Source: Octopus sinensis
Taxonomy: Eukaryota
Direction of reading: 5' to 3'
NCBI RefSeq assembly: GCF_006345805.1
Contig: NC_043017.1
Span: forward strand, 20,646,001-20,710,000
Length of the DNA stretch: 64,000 bases
Positions 26,921-39,760 of the stretch are shown here, piece by piece (positions within the stretch are counted from its first letter, which is position 1; each line of letters begins with the position of its first letter). Under the pieces are notes generated by a model, which searched no databases, was not told the origin of the DNA, and saw only the letters and a list, made by a program, of their open reading frames with translations. Made by a program: the position numbers and the translations under genes.

Positions 26921-26959
26921 AAGAAATACCGGTTTCGCATGTAGCTTTGCAAATTTCTT
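26921..26959 (-). ncRNA. Degenerate type I hammerhead-like motif, U3-A8 variant
   Basis: AAGAAAT-TTGCAAA-GC(TACAT)GC-GAAA-CCGGT-ATTTCTT; about 150 nt downstream of the PLE stop codon, same strand. Confidence 0.5.
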
Positions 26960-27104
26960 GTGACGTTATGTTTATATTGCATGGAGTTATCGTGTTTATT
27001 TTCAGGAGATTTCTAAATAAGGGGAGGTAGTGAGTGATTTCTTCGGTGGTAAGGGAGATAATCGCTAAAAAATTTTTTTCCTTTCCCTTGTTAATTTCTC
27101 TGTG

Positions 27105-28314
27105 TCAGTATGTTCGGATGGTTGAGTCTGGGTTTGTACTTTTCAATGAAGAATGTTTTTCTGTTCAGTCTCATTTGTGTTGATGATCCGAAAGCACATT
27201 GGTAAAATGGGAAGATTAAAAATTGTGGCAGTAGTTGCTTTGCGCATTCTCAATGTGCTCACTAAAAGGTATCATTCTATATTCTGGGAATACAATCTGT
27301 TGTCAATGCAGTGTGCATCTACACCTGAGTGATAGTCCCGTGGAACCCACGTAGTCTTGGTGGTAGCCCGAGCATTTAATGACATAAATTATGTTTTCAG
27401 ATGCACAAGTAAAGTTAGATTTGATCTTCAATTTTTGTCCCTCTTTAAAGAGGAATTCTGATCCTTCTAGCAGGTTAGGGCATGTTGCACAGTTCGATCT
27501 ACCACATTTTTTACTTTTGCATCCGTAATTTCAGAAGACAATTTTGCCTTTGGAGAATCTTTTTAAGTGATTTAGGCTGTTTGTAGCTTTTAATGATTTG
27601 GTGTATGTTTAGAATTTCCTTTAATTGGGGTTTTTATGAAGTATTGGTAAATTCTGGTGGATGATGGTGAAGGCTTCTTGTTTCTGGGTGTTGTTGTAGA
27701 TATGTAAGGTAGTATTCGGGGAAGGTGTGTTGTTGTGTTGAACTTTTCTTAAAGTTTCTATGTTGATTTCTGTTGCACGTCTGATCCCATCCTCTATGAG
27801 TTGAGGCTGGTAATGTCTGTCAATTAGGGTGTTTTGAGTTCTTGCAGTCTAAAGTTCCTGGTTTTGTTCTGACACTATTGTGCATATCCTTCTTGCAAGG
27901 TTGAAGGGGATGTTTGTTTTAGTGTGTCTGGGGTGGCATGAATTAAAAGAAGGTATTGTTTGGCGTCTGTGGCTTTGTAAAAAATGTCTGTTTCTATTTT
28001 AAGGTTAATTTTTTTAATTAGTATATCCAAGAACGGGAGCTCCTTTTGGTTGTATTCCATTGTGAACTGTATATTGGGTTTATGCTGTTCAATAGGTTTT
28101 TAAATTTTAGGAGTTTATCTATGTTTTCATTCAGAGAATGAAACAATCGTCTAGGATCGTTTCCAATTCTCTTTTATGCATTGAGAGAGGGAGTTTCCAA
28201 AGATTGATAGAGATTCCTGGTAAATGATTATTTCCATGTATCCCATTGTTAAGTTCGCAATGACTGGTGCTGCCCTTGTACCCATAGCAATTCCGGATTT
28301 TTGACGGTAAAATG

Positions 28315-28316
<2 letters not shown>
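27105..28316 (-). pseudogene. Disrupted PLE ORF (RT + GIY-YIG endonuclease)
   Basis: YRQKSGIAMGTRAAPVIANLTMGYME; frameshifted (F)LDDCF; FTMEYNQKELPFLDILIKK...YKATDAKQYL; KCGRSNCATCP...CASENIIYVIKC...YVGST; stops and frameshifts present. Confidence 0.9.
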
Positions 28317-28362
<46 letters not shown>

Positions 28363-28363
<1 letters not shown>

Positions 28364-28500
28364 TCTACATAAGTGGAAAATCAGTGTGTGTTTGTGTGTG
28401 GTGTTGTTATCTAACTCCTCCTACATCGTTTTATTGATTTTGATGAAACTCGACACGTGAATAGAACTCATGTCTGGAAACCTCGTGACATACTTAGATT
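28363..28500 (+). mobile_element. Possible Helitron/DINE-like 5' terminal fragment
   Basis: TCTACATAAGTGG...GTGTGTG...AACTCCTCCTAC...GATTTTGATGAAAC resembles that architecture (from memory). Confidence 0.3.
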
Positions 28501-28776
28501 GTTGAAAAATGGTGACAGGGAGGCTGATAGAGATATATGTAGCCCTCCTGATACAGGATGACTTTTAGGGATGATTGAGGAACCCCACTGTTTGATATTT
28601 CCCTGAACACAGATCAAGTAGTAACAACAACAATCTTTTCTACTGTAGGCATGAGGCCTGAAAATTTGGCAGAGAGGACAGTCAATTACATTGACCTCAG
28701 TGTGTAACCACATGTGAATCGTTTGGCAATTTTTTTCTTCTGTCTTCTTTTTCTATTGGACTTTCCTCTGTCTCAT

Positions 28777-28811
28777 GTTCCTGAAGAAGAGCTTCGCTCG
28801 AAATGTAAAAC
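28777..28811 (+). ncRNA. Minimal hammerhead-like motif
   Basis: GTTC-CTGAAGA-A-GAGC(TTC)GCTC-GAAA-TGTA-AAAC; stem I weak. Confidence 0.45.
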
Positions 28812-29000
28812 TCCTTTCTTTCCTTCCCTGAGCATCTGCTAATACTTTGCATGTACCACGTCCTCGTGTTGTCGTTTTTTTCTTGTGTTTGTTCTTCGTG
28901 TTTTTGGGATTTATTATTTTACATATACATATATATACAAGGTGGTGCTCCAGCATGGCCACAATCCAGTGACTGAAACTAGTAAACGGATAAAGCGATA

Positions 29001-29315
29001 CCAGTGCCAGTGGTACGTAAGAGAACCATCCGAATGTGGCCGTTGCCAGCACTGCTCCGACTGGCCTCGTGACAGTGGCACTTAAAAAGCACCATCCGAT
29101 CGTGGCCGTTTGCCAGCCTCGTCTGGCCCCTATGCTGGTGGCACATAAAAGCACCCACTACACACACGGAGTAGTTGGCGTTAGGAAGGGCATCCAGCCG
29201 TAGAAACATTGCCAGATCAGACTGGGCCTGGTGCACCCTTCTGGCTTCCCAGACCCCAGTTGAACCGTCCAACCCATGCTAGCATGGAAAGCAGACGCTA
29301 AACGATGATGATGAT
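29001..29315 (+). mobile_element. Family D retroposon (internal ~60-bp repeats, (GAT)n tail)
   Basis: GGCAC.TAAAAAGCACC units, GGCGTTAGGAAGGGCATCCAGC, CCAACCCATGCTAGCATGG; preceded by a SINE A tail at 28938-29000. Confidence 0.85.
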
Positions 29316-30088
29316 ACATACAAACATACACACACACACATATATCTATAAAAAGAGAGAGAGAGAGAGAGAGCAAGCATTCTGTATACCACATTCAGTG
29401 TTGTCACACAGTAGAAAGACACAAAACTGCAGGATTCCTGTATGTATTAATATTTATAGATATTTCTTTTTTTTTTTCGGGCTTAAAATTTAAATAATAC
29501 GTGCAACAATATTTTAATAACCTCTCAGCATTTTGTTGTTCCCTGCTTCAGTGCAACACTAAATGCCTGAAATAATATTGCACACATAAATATTAACAAC
29601 AGCAACAACTACAGCAGCAACAATATATGTGTGCAGAATTTTCTATATTGATATAATTAATCATTCATTGGAGTGTTATTAAAAGTTTAAATACGCCTAT
29701 CACAAAAAGTATTTGTTCCCAAAAGAGAAACAGAATGTGTGCACATATGTAAAAATGCTTTAATCATTATACACTCTTGTATGTGCATATAATACCTTAT
29801 GCATATATATATATGTATATATGCACGGCCAACATTTCAAAACTCCCTCTATGTGTGTGCATGTGTGTGTATGTTTGTATATATATATATATATGTATAT
29901 ATGTATATAAATGTGGCCTTATATATATATGTGTGTGTCTGTGTATGTGTGTATGTAGATATATATATGTGTATATATGTATGTGAATATATATGTGCAT
30001 GTCAAGCCAGCCATTAAGCATGCAGTGCACATGCAAAAATGTAACATGTAGTAACATTAAATTACTTTTATGCATACATGAACATAGT

Positions 30089-30146
<58 letters not shown>

Positions 30147-30517
30147 ACATGCACATATATGAATACCCATACATGCATTTATATATATATATATTTATAT
30201 ACACATATGCATGTGTATGATGTACACATAAACACGCATATAAACATATATATATAATATATATATATACACAAACACACATTCATATATACACATACAT
30301 ATATATGAATATACACACATATATTTACGTATGTGTAAATATGCCTGAGCACATATACGCTAATATGGGTATATACCAATACACGCATCCGCAAATACCA
30401 TTATATGAACGCAAATAACATGTGCATGCACACATGCACACAAATTTGCAGATTTTGACACTTGCACATGCAAACCAAATCACACATACACAAGCTTACA
30501 TATATACACGCATAAAA

Positions 30518-30590
<73 letters not shown>

Positions 30591-30608
30591 TGTACGTATA
30601 TATATATG

Positions 30609-30639
<31 letters not shown>

Positions 30640-31124
30640 GTATATATGTATATATATACATATATATATACACACTTATACACAGAGAGAGGGGAAAAAT
30701 GCAATAATGCTTCAGTGCTCCAGGCAGAGTTTCCAATGTTCCATACCAACCTGTGTACATCAGGCGTTGTTTTACTGTGCCAAACTTTAACATTATCCTC
30801 ACAATTTCCAGAGAAAGGCAAACATTTTAATTTGGTGCTTTTATTTCATATTTTTTTACCAATTTCTTTTTCTATCAGAAAATGGTTTTAGTTCTCTTTT
30901 CCGTTTTCTTTTCCCCCCTTATAATACGTTCCTTGTTCTACATGTAGGCCTAACATTTTAGCCTGAAGACTGTTTAGTGAATAAAAGGTTGAAGCAAATA
31001 AAACATTTGGTAAAGAAGGGGAGATGTCCTTATATGGTAATAATATCTACGTTTATGGGAGGTGGGGGGGATTCTTTTTTTCTTGCTTTATTTTTTTTTG
31101 TGTTCATGTCTCTTTTTCTTTTAT

Positions 31125-31493
31125 CTTTTGCTTGTTTCAGTCATTACACTGTGGCCATACTGGGGCACTGCCTTGAAGAATTTTTAGCTGAATGATTCGA
31201 CCCCAGGAGTGCTCATTTTCAAACCCTGGTTCTTATTCTATCAGCCTTTTTTGCTGAATCGCTAAGTTATGGGGATGTAAACACACCAGCACCGGTTGTC
31301 AAACAGACAAATACAGACCCCACCACCACCACACACATACATACAATGGGCTTCTTCCAGTTTCCATCTACCACATCCACTCAGAAGGCTTTGGTTAGCA
31401 TGAGGCTATAGTAGAAGACACTTGCCCAAGGTGCCATGCAATGGGATTGAACTTGGAACCATGGGGTTGGGAAGCAAACTTCTTACCATACAT
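31125..31493 (-). mobile_element. SINE A, older copy
   Basis: Head and 3' match. Confidence 0.8.
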
Positions 31494-31564
31494 ATCATCA
31501 TCATCACCTCTTGGCATCCATGTTCCATGCTGGCATGGGTTGTACAGCTTGAAAGGTGTGCTAA

Positions 31565-31742
31565 TGAAATTTTAGTGGGGAGTGGATGGGCTAGTCAGTT
31601 ACGTAGACCCCAATGTTCAACTGGTATGTGTTTCATGGATCCCAAAAGGAAGAAAAGCAAAACTGACCTTGGCAGAATTTGAACTCAGAATGAAATGTCA
31701 CTAAACATTTTGCTCAGTGTGTTAACAATTCTGCCAGCTCCT
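31565..31742 (-). mobile_element. SINE B', decayed
   Basis: GAATTTGAACTCAGAA...TTCTGCCAGCTC. Confidence 0.7.
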
Positions 31743-31745
31743 ACC

Positions 31746-31783
<38 letters not shown>

Positions 31784-31805
31784 TATTATTATAATAATAA
31801 TAATA

Positions 31806-31837
<32 letters not shown>

Positions 31838-31844
31838 CATCATC

Positions 31845-32310
31845 ATGTGCATTGTTTTGTCTTAGTATAAAAGATGGACTACAGCAAACATTCTGCTCAT
31901 TACCAAAGATTTGCTTGACAGTTGTCTCATCTTAACCAGTTGAGCATGTCCCTTAGTGGCTGATGATATGTGCATCTCTGATCACAAGCAGAGGTAGTGG
32001 GGGAGCATCATAGCCATGTATCGAGAGGAATTCTTTGGGGTTTGGATAATTCACCTTTGGAAACATGGGTGTTTCGTTCAACATCCTTAAACAACCCTTA
32101 TTCAAGGACCTTTTGAGTGGGATGGGTTACTCGACCCAATGAAAATTCTAACTGGGCCCCACCTGCAAGGTCATGCACTGTTTATCTTGATATGAGATCA
32201 CCATGTCACGCACATATACCTGATGTACCCTTATCAGATGGGCAGTTATGATGGGTATAACGGATTTCATATATTTGTACCCCAGTGTCACTTTGATGGC
32301 ATGATAATAA
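31845..32310 (+). mobile_element. Family G, 5'-truncated
   Basis: Matches 59222-59778; follows an (AAT)n/(ATT)n tract. Confidence 0.85.
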
Positions 32311-32314
32311 TAAT

Positions 32315-32640
32315 CTCTGATCACAAGCAGGAGTATTGGGGGAACATCAAAGCCAAGTGTTAAGAGGAATTCTTTGGGGTTTAAATAATTCACCTCTGCA
32401 AATATGGGTGTTTCATTCAACATCCTTAAACAATTCTCATTCAGGGATTTTTTGAGCAGAATGGGCTACATGATGGGCCCCACTTGCACAGTCATGCACC
32501 GTTTATCTTAATATAAGATCACCATGTCGTGCATGTGTTTGGTGTGCCCCTATCAGACATGCAGTCTTGATGAGTAATTTGGGCTTTGTATATTTGTACC
32601 CCAGTGTCACTTTGATGGCATGTATTGCTCTCTCACTCTT
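32315..32640 (+). mobile_element. Family G, second head-to-tail partial copy
   Basis: Restarts at CTCTGATCACAAGCAG after a short (TAA)n. Confidence 0.8.
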
Positions 32641-33859
32641 TACTAATGATAATAGTAATCGCTAGCATTTTATTACACATAGAGACTGTTAATTTGTGAG
32701 TTGAGTCAAATAGTCATGAAATTATATGCCTGCTTAGTAAACTGTCACTCACCAAAGAAGAAATAGTTTAGAGGAAAGCAAGAACATTCTGAGAGTCATG
32801 GAGAACGATTTGACATTTAAACAGATAAATATTTTCTTTACTTCTACTCTCTTTCTCCTTTTTCTTTCTTTCTTTCCTTTTCTTTTTGTTCTCCCTTTGG
32901 AATGAGACTTCTGACAAAAGTCTCTGAACTTTGTGAGAAGGTGAATTAAGAATTTGATCTGTGATGGCGTGGTGGTGGTGTTTGGCTACGTCAGGATTTT
33001 TCTCTGACTCAAAGTATAAGCTTTATTATGTGGAACTGGTATGGTAATTTGATACATTAGCACACACAAAAAAAAAAAAATAATAATAATAAATGGTAAG
33101 CAAAGAGAAAGGCGGGAAGGGAAACTATGCTTCTCATCAATGGAAGAGACTTGCATCTAATCCAATATATCAAGCAATGGTGATGCTGACCAAAGAGATT
33201 TGTGACCAGAAAACATGATGGAATAATATTTGGTAAGCGAATTCAAATTGGTTTCTAAGATTAGGAATTCATGAATATTTAAGGGTTTGTATGGTGCTGT
33301 AGAAATGTTCTGAAGAATTTCTGTGGTGGTTAGCAAAGCAATGAAAAGCAGATCTTTCTACCTTTGAAATGACCTATCAACCAATTTGATTAACATCTTA
33401 AATATGTTTAGTAATTCACTATGACATACGCGGAAATTTTTGATGAATTTTAACTTTTCATTTGTAATAATTTTTTTAAAAAATTTTGTTTCATTTAAAA
33501 AAACCAAGAAAATTGAAAGATATGTTTTTGTTTTTTTTCTGAGAGAAAATATTTTAATTTTTGAGGAGATACTATATTAAAATTTTTTTATTATATTATT
33601 TTTTTTTTTCAGAAAATTGTAAAAATTTTATAATAAAATTTCAGCGTATCAAATAGGAGGAGGAGAAAAAATTAAAATATAATTAATAATTTTAAAATCC
33701 AATTAAATACTATGAAATGTAATATTCTAAGAGTGAAAGAGAGAGAGAGAGAGAGTATGTGAGGAAGAGAGCATATGGAGAAAAAGAGTTGGGAAGAGGG
33801 ACACAGGGGTGGAGAGATTGAGAGAAAAAAACAGGGGAAAAGTGAGTGAGAAAGGGATA

Positions 33860-34345
33860 GAGAGATTGAGAGAAAGAGAAAAGAAATAAAGATGGTAAAA
33901 GTGAGGAGAGAAATAGAGAAAAATAAGAGAGAGAAGGAAAATGATTGAGAGAGTGAGAAGGGGAGAGCAGAGAGGGAGAAAGATAAAGAGAGTAAGAGAG
34001 AGGGAGAGAAAGACAGAGTGAAAAAGGGAGAGCAGAGAGGAGAAAGATAAATAGAGTAAGAGAGAAGGAAAAGAAATAAAGATGGTAAAAGTGAGGAGAG
34101 AAATAGAGGAAAATAAGAGAGAGAAGGAAAATGATTGAGAGAGAGAGAGAAGAGGAGAGCAGAGAGGGAGAAAGCTAAAGAGAGTAAGAGAGAGAGAGAG
34201 AAAAAGAGAAAAGAAATAAAGATGGTAAAAGTGAGGAGAGAAATATAAAGAAATAAGAGAGAGAAGGAAAATGATTGAGAGAGAGAGAGAGAGTGAGAAG
34301 GGGAGAGCAGAAAGGAAGAGAGAGTAAGAGAGAGGGAGAGAAGGA
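33860..34345. repeat. Purine-rich tandem repeat, 3 units (190 and 140 bp spacing)
   Basis: GATGGTAAAAGTGAGGAGAGAAAT at 33891, 34081 and 34221. Confidence 0.85.
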
Positions 34346-34630
34346 AAGAAGTTGAAGAAATTAAGAGAGAAATATTAGGGAAAATTGAAATAGAGAGGAT
34401 TAAAGAGAGAGAGAGAGGGTTGAAGATGGATAGGGTGAAATAAGGGGGGAAATGTAGAAAACAATAGAGAGATTGTGAGAAAGAAACAGAGGTGAAGAAG
34501 CAAAATGCAGATGGAGAGGGGAAAGAGTAAAGAATAAGGAAAAAATAAGAAAGAAAGAGACAAAGTAAAGAAAGAATAAAAAAAGAGAGAGAGAGAGGTA
34601 AAAAAAATTCCAATAGATAATTTGTCAGAA

Positions 34631-34651
34631 ACAACAACAACTACCACCACC

Positions 34652-34692
<41 letters not shown>

Positions 34693-34750
34693 CACCACCA
34701 CCACCACCACCACAACCACCACCACCACCACTACTACTACTACTACTGCC

Positions 34751-34783
<33 letters not shown>

Positions 34784-34940
34784 GCCACCACTACTGCTAC
34801 TATTACTACTACTACAACAGCAAATACTACTACAACAACAACAACAACAACAACAACTACTACTACTACTACTACCACCACCACCACCACCACCACCACC
34901 ACCACCACCACCACCTACTACTACTACTACTACTACTACT
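34631..34940. repeat. Compound (ACA/ACC/ACT)n microsatellite
   Basis: Direct reading. Confidence 0.95.
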
Positions 34941-35184
34941 CACATACACACACATATGTACATACATATATAGACAGAAACAGAGTGCAAGAAGGATATT
35001 TCGAGAAAGCCAGCTAACCCTTTCGCTGCCAGATGTGACTTTTGTAGAATTAACACAGCAAGGTTTCCATGTTTTAACGCCATTCTTTGAACATAAATAG
35101 CTGCTGCCAAATGTTTGTTCATTCTGTGAGTAACTTTACCAAAAACTGTGGCTGTTTTTTCTATGGCACATGTAGAGCCCTAGG

Positions 35185-35335
35185 TTGTTGTTGTTGTTGT
35201 TGCTGATTATCACTCAAAGGCCAACCCTGATCGTACAAATAGACCTTTGGTCAAAGGTACTCCAAGCGTGACCTTCTGTTTTATTTTCTAAATTTTAAGC
35301 ATGGTAGAGTTTAATTTAAGAGACGGGGGTGCTTG
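35185..35335 (-). mobile_element. Family F fragment
   Basis: (GTT)n tail and AGACCTTTGGTCAAAGG..TCCAAGCGTGACC. Confidence 0.55.
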
Positions 35336-35397
35336 GCTCTTTTTAATTTTTTTTTGCTTTTAACAATTTTGTTATCTTCTTTTTTTTATCTTCTTTT

Positions 35398-35650
35398 ACT
35401 GGTACCTACTCTATCAGTCTGTTTTGCCAAACTTTTAAGATACAGGGATGTAAATGCACCAACACCGGTTGTCAAATGGTGGGACACACACACGACAGGC
35501 TTCTTTCAGTTTCTGTCTAACAAATCCACTCACAAGGCTTTAGGCAGCCTGAGGCTACAGCAGAAGACACACAAGGTACCAAACAATGAGACTGAACCCA
35601 GAACCATGTGGTTGGGAAGCAAACTTGTTACCACACAGCCACACCTGTAC
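35398..35650 (-). mobile_element. SINE A, 3'-truncated
   Basis: Head and body match. Confidence 0.8.
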
Positions 35651-35679
35651 CTATACAATATTTTTGTTGAAATAAAGCG

Positions 35680-36075
35680 GTAAGCTGGCAGAAACGTTAG
35701 CATGCCAGGCGAAATGCGTAGCTGTATTTCGTCTGCTGTTACGTTCTGAGTTCAAATTCCGCCAAGGTCGACTTTGCCTTTCATCCTTTCGGGGTCGATA
35801 AATTAAGTATCAGTTACGCACTGGGTTCAATGTAATCGACTTAATCCATTTGTCTGTCCTTGTTTGTCTCCTCTGTGTTTAGTCCCTTGTGGGTAGTAAA
35901 GAAATAGGTATTTCATCTGTCTTTATGTTCTGAGTTCAAATTCTGCTATGGTCGACTTTTCCTTTCATCCTTTCAGGATCGATAAAATAAATACCAGTTG
36001 TGTACTGGGGTCGATCTAATCAACTGGCCCCTTCCCATCAAAATTTCGGGCCTTATGCCAAGAGTAGAAAAGAAT
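35680..36075 (+). mobile_element. SINE B + B' head-to-tail dimer
   Basis: Full B, then B' beginning at GGTATTTC. Confidence 0.85.
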
Positions 36076-36446
36076 AATTTTGTTAAAATATACTCCTTCT
36101 GTTTCTATTTATTTTCTAAAATAAGGAAGAATCTATTAAAACACACAAACATGCACACACAAAGAGACAGAGGTACACAAATACACACACACATATGTGT
36201 ATACACATGCACACACACAAACAAATAAACATAATGGACAGAGTCAATGACTATTGAAAATGCTGCAAGAGACAACGAAAATTTTGGAAAAAATTAAATA
36301 ATTAAATGAGTGGAAATCGGACCGGTGGGTGTGTTAAACAATAAGGCACTAAAAGAGAATGACTCTCCCCAGACACAAAATATGCTTCAATACACGAATT
36401 CACATAAAGAATCTTGTAAACCAAATACAAAAATGAAATATTAAAT

Positions 36447-37072
36447 CTTTGTCATTAATTAAGCTGGTGTTTGAAACATAAATCTGCATGAAATTTTGAC
36501 GAATGGTTTTAATTAAGGTCACTTTAAAACATGGTAACTCTATCATGGAACCAGAAGTAGTCACAGGTGGGTTGGTATCAAAAGAGTTAAGCTAATAAAT
36601 TGGCAGGCAGGGAACCAGAAGATCTGGTTCAAATATTAGCCATATTGTAAAAGACAGGAGGATTCTCTTGGCAACTCTAATTTAACAATTTCATTATCAT
36701 CTTTGTCTTGATATGCACTGCCTTTTCTTTTTTTAATTAGTTTTGAAAATAAGGAAGAATTTAGTAAAATAACTAATCTGGTGTTTGGAACATGAGTTAA
36801 CATGGAATTTTGATAGCTGGTTTGTAATTTAGATAACTTATCAATAAATTTGTGTTATAGATGCATGGAGCAGTCTCAGGTAGGTTGGTGCAAAAAAAGT
36901 TAAAAAGCTTGTAAACTGGCTGGCAGAGGAACCAGAAGGTCTGGTTCAAATATTTGCCATTCTGTAAAAGACAGAGAAAGATTCACTCAACAGCTCCAAC
37001 TTAACCTTTTTGTTATCATACTTCTGTTGGAATTATTTTGGAGATGAAGAATTTAGTAAAATAACTTTGGTG
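36447..37072. mobile_element. TTAA-bounded MITE (piggyBac-like ends), 2.x tandem units with a shared spacer
   Basis: Complete unit 36682-36903; partial units end at TTAA 36590 and start at TTAA 37001; spacer GAACCAGAAG.TCTGGTTCAAATAT repeated at ~315 bp. Confidence 0.65.
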
Positions 37073-37434
37073 TAATGGTTAAGTATGAAGAAAGGCGCTG
37101 TGTCCATGAGTTTCTCAAACCCTACTAAACCCTTTCTCTCTTACACACACACAAATACACACATTTATTTTGTTTCTCTCTCACTGCCTCAGAGGAGTTA
37201 AATTTGAAACTAGGGCTAACACTAAGAATAGGTAAAAAATATACATCATTATCAGTCAGGGCTCCAGCACTGTGCCCTACACAAGCTAGATGACCAGCTG
37301 GAGCAATAAAATATATAACAAGCTTCCACGGTTTCTATCTACCAAAATCCATCCACGAGTTTAGGTTCGTCTCAAAAGCTATCAATATAATAAAAGACCC
37401 TGGTCCAAAGTGACATACAATGGGTTTGAACCTC

Positions 37435-37472
<38 letters not shown>

Positions 37473-37783
37473 GGAGGCGCAATGGCCCAGTGGTTAGGGC
37501 AGCGGACTCGCGGTTGTAGGATCACGGTTTCGACTCCCAGATCGGGCATTGTGAGTGTTTATTGAGCGAAAACACCTAAATGTTCCACAAGGCTCCGGCA
37601 GGGGGCGGTGGCGAACCCTGCTGTACTCTTTCACCACTCTTTCGCTCACTCTTTCTTCTGTTGGCCTGCTCGCTTAGCCAGCGGGGTGGCGTCATTTGAA
37701 GGCTAAAACAATGCGAAGCGCATTGTGACCAGCGATATGTAGCAACATCTGATAGCCTGGTTGGTCACAGTGATCACAGTGAT
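37473..37783 (+). mobile_element. SINE R (tRNA-Arg-like head), young, full length
   Basis: A box TGGCCCAGTGG, TCG at the anticodon position, B box GGTTTCGACTCC, ends CACAGTGATCACAGTGAT; plausibly an octopus OR-family SINE. Confidence 0.88.
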
Positions 37784-37917
37784 ATATATATACACACACA
37801 CACTTGTGCATTTTGATATTGTAGTCAGTCGATGAAGAAGAAAGGGGATAAAAATAATCTAAAAAAGCAAAGACATTGTTGTTCCATTGTAAGTATTGGG
37901 GTATAGGAATTAGGTAG

Positions 37918-37948
<31 letters not shown>

Positions 37949-38474
37949 TAAAAATAATAATAAAAATAAAAATAATAATAATAATGATAATAATAATAAT
38001 AATGGTAATAATAATAATAATGTATTAAGTTTTAGATATAGCTTCCAGAACATTCCTGTTAAAAAACTATCTAAAAGTTTTTATAACATATGTGTATTTT
38101 TCTCTCCCTTACTCCCACAACACACACACACACACACACTTATTTATATACATACACACATCGATAGATGTTGATCTTACAAAGAAAAAAATAGGGCTCC
38201 TTTAATCCTTCCTCATACGTCTGTGATTTGATCTCATTTACTTACATAATACTTTTGGATTCTGCTCCCTAATTCTTTTAGCTTTTTTTTTTTGGTGTGT
38301 GTGTGGGGGGGGGGGGAAGGGGGTAGCAATGGAATCATAACATCATATCTAAGGGCCAGTACGACTTTATTATATGTTATTATAACATACTGCAGAACTC
38401 TCAGACTCGGGGTCTTTTTGTTTTCATCTTATCTTGTTCTTGCTAAATCTCTGCATTATCCTAATGCATTTCAT

Positions 38475-38511
<37 letters not shown>

Positions 38512-38580
38512 TATATATATAATATATATATTTATATATGTATATATATATATATATTATATATAATATATATATATATA

Positions 38581-38629
<49 letters not shown>

Positions 38630-38728
38630 GTATGTATATATATATATGTATTTATATATATAATATATACATATGGTGATATATGTATATATCTATATAT
38701 ATGTATATATACTAATATATAATATATG

Positions 38729-38764
<36 letters not shown>

Positions 38765-39599
38765 TAATATATATAATATATATATAAATATAATATATAT
38801 ATATATAATATAATATATATATATATAAATATATATATATATGCCTAAATCTATGCCTATATTTTTGGAGAATGGAAAATATATGTTTAGGATAGGAAAT
38901 TTCTTTAGAAAGCCAACATATGGAAGCAGTTCCTTAGTTTTACGGATGGAGACATAATGCCGCTTCTGAGGAAAGGCCTGTCTGCATTTACATCTATTAT
39001 TATAACTTGCAGATTGAATAATGGTTTACTAAATATATCACACTATGCTCCTAATTGATATTTCTGTCTGCGTGTGGTGTCCGCTGCCCATACCGAAATT
39101 GTTGTCTTCATTCTTCTATATTTTGGAGAGGGAATATTTCGGAAATTTCCTTGTGGAGTCAGACATATGGAAGCCCTTATGTTGGGTGTATGCATGGAAA
39201 CAATTCCAGCTCTGGAGAATCAGCCTGTCGGTATTTGTCTGTTATTATAATATGTTATTTAGTTTTTAGAATGGTGAATCTTCCAATGTGTCTGAGAGCA
39301 TGATTTAATAATTTCAGCTTCTACTTAAATTCTTCCATATTTTGGAAAAAATTTATTTAGGAAACACTTCAGTGGAATGGCCATGTATGGCATTATCTCT
39401 ATTCTGTCTCTTTACTTTGCAGTTTTCATCTTTTTGTTTTTTGTGTTTTTCTTATCTTTTGTCTTTTACTAGTTTCAGTCACCGAACTATGGCCATGCTG
39501 GAGCACCACCTTGAGCTCCCTAGTACTTATCTTTTAAGTTTGGTAATTGGAAAAACTCCCAGATATATGCACGAAGAAGGATGTATCTACATGATTGCC

Positions 39600-39760
39600 C
39601 AATAGCAGCCAAATCTCCCTCAGATCACACCATGCAATTTCAGGAAAGGAAAAGAACACATCCAGTAATGTAGTTGTACACACTCTCAAATAGATGGGAC
39701 GGTCATGGATGGAAATTCCTTTGATCATAAGTTAGAGTAGACCTAGGGCTAAACAACAGC
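39600..39760 (+). mobile_element. Family F fragment
   Basis: AATAGCAGCCAAATCTCCCTC...CCTTTGATCAT...GACCTAGGGCTAAACAAC. Confidence 0.7.

Larger units (their letters stand above)
26775..28316 (-). mobile_element. Penelope-like retroelement, 5'-truncated, including 3' UTR/pLTR region
   Basis: RT and GIY-YIG remnants followed by a 3' region carrying a hammerhead-like motif. Confidence 0.85.

Noticed and set aside
33672-34640. 322-aa ORF on the minus strand (longest in the track)
   Set aside because: It is the pyrimidine strand of a GA-rich tandem repeat; stops are absent for compositional reasons and the product is L/S/F low complexity.
37473-37545. tRNA-Arg gene
   Set aside because: A/B boxes are present but there is no closing acceptor stem, and it continues into a SINE body with other copies.
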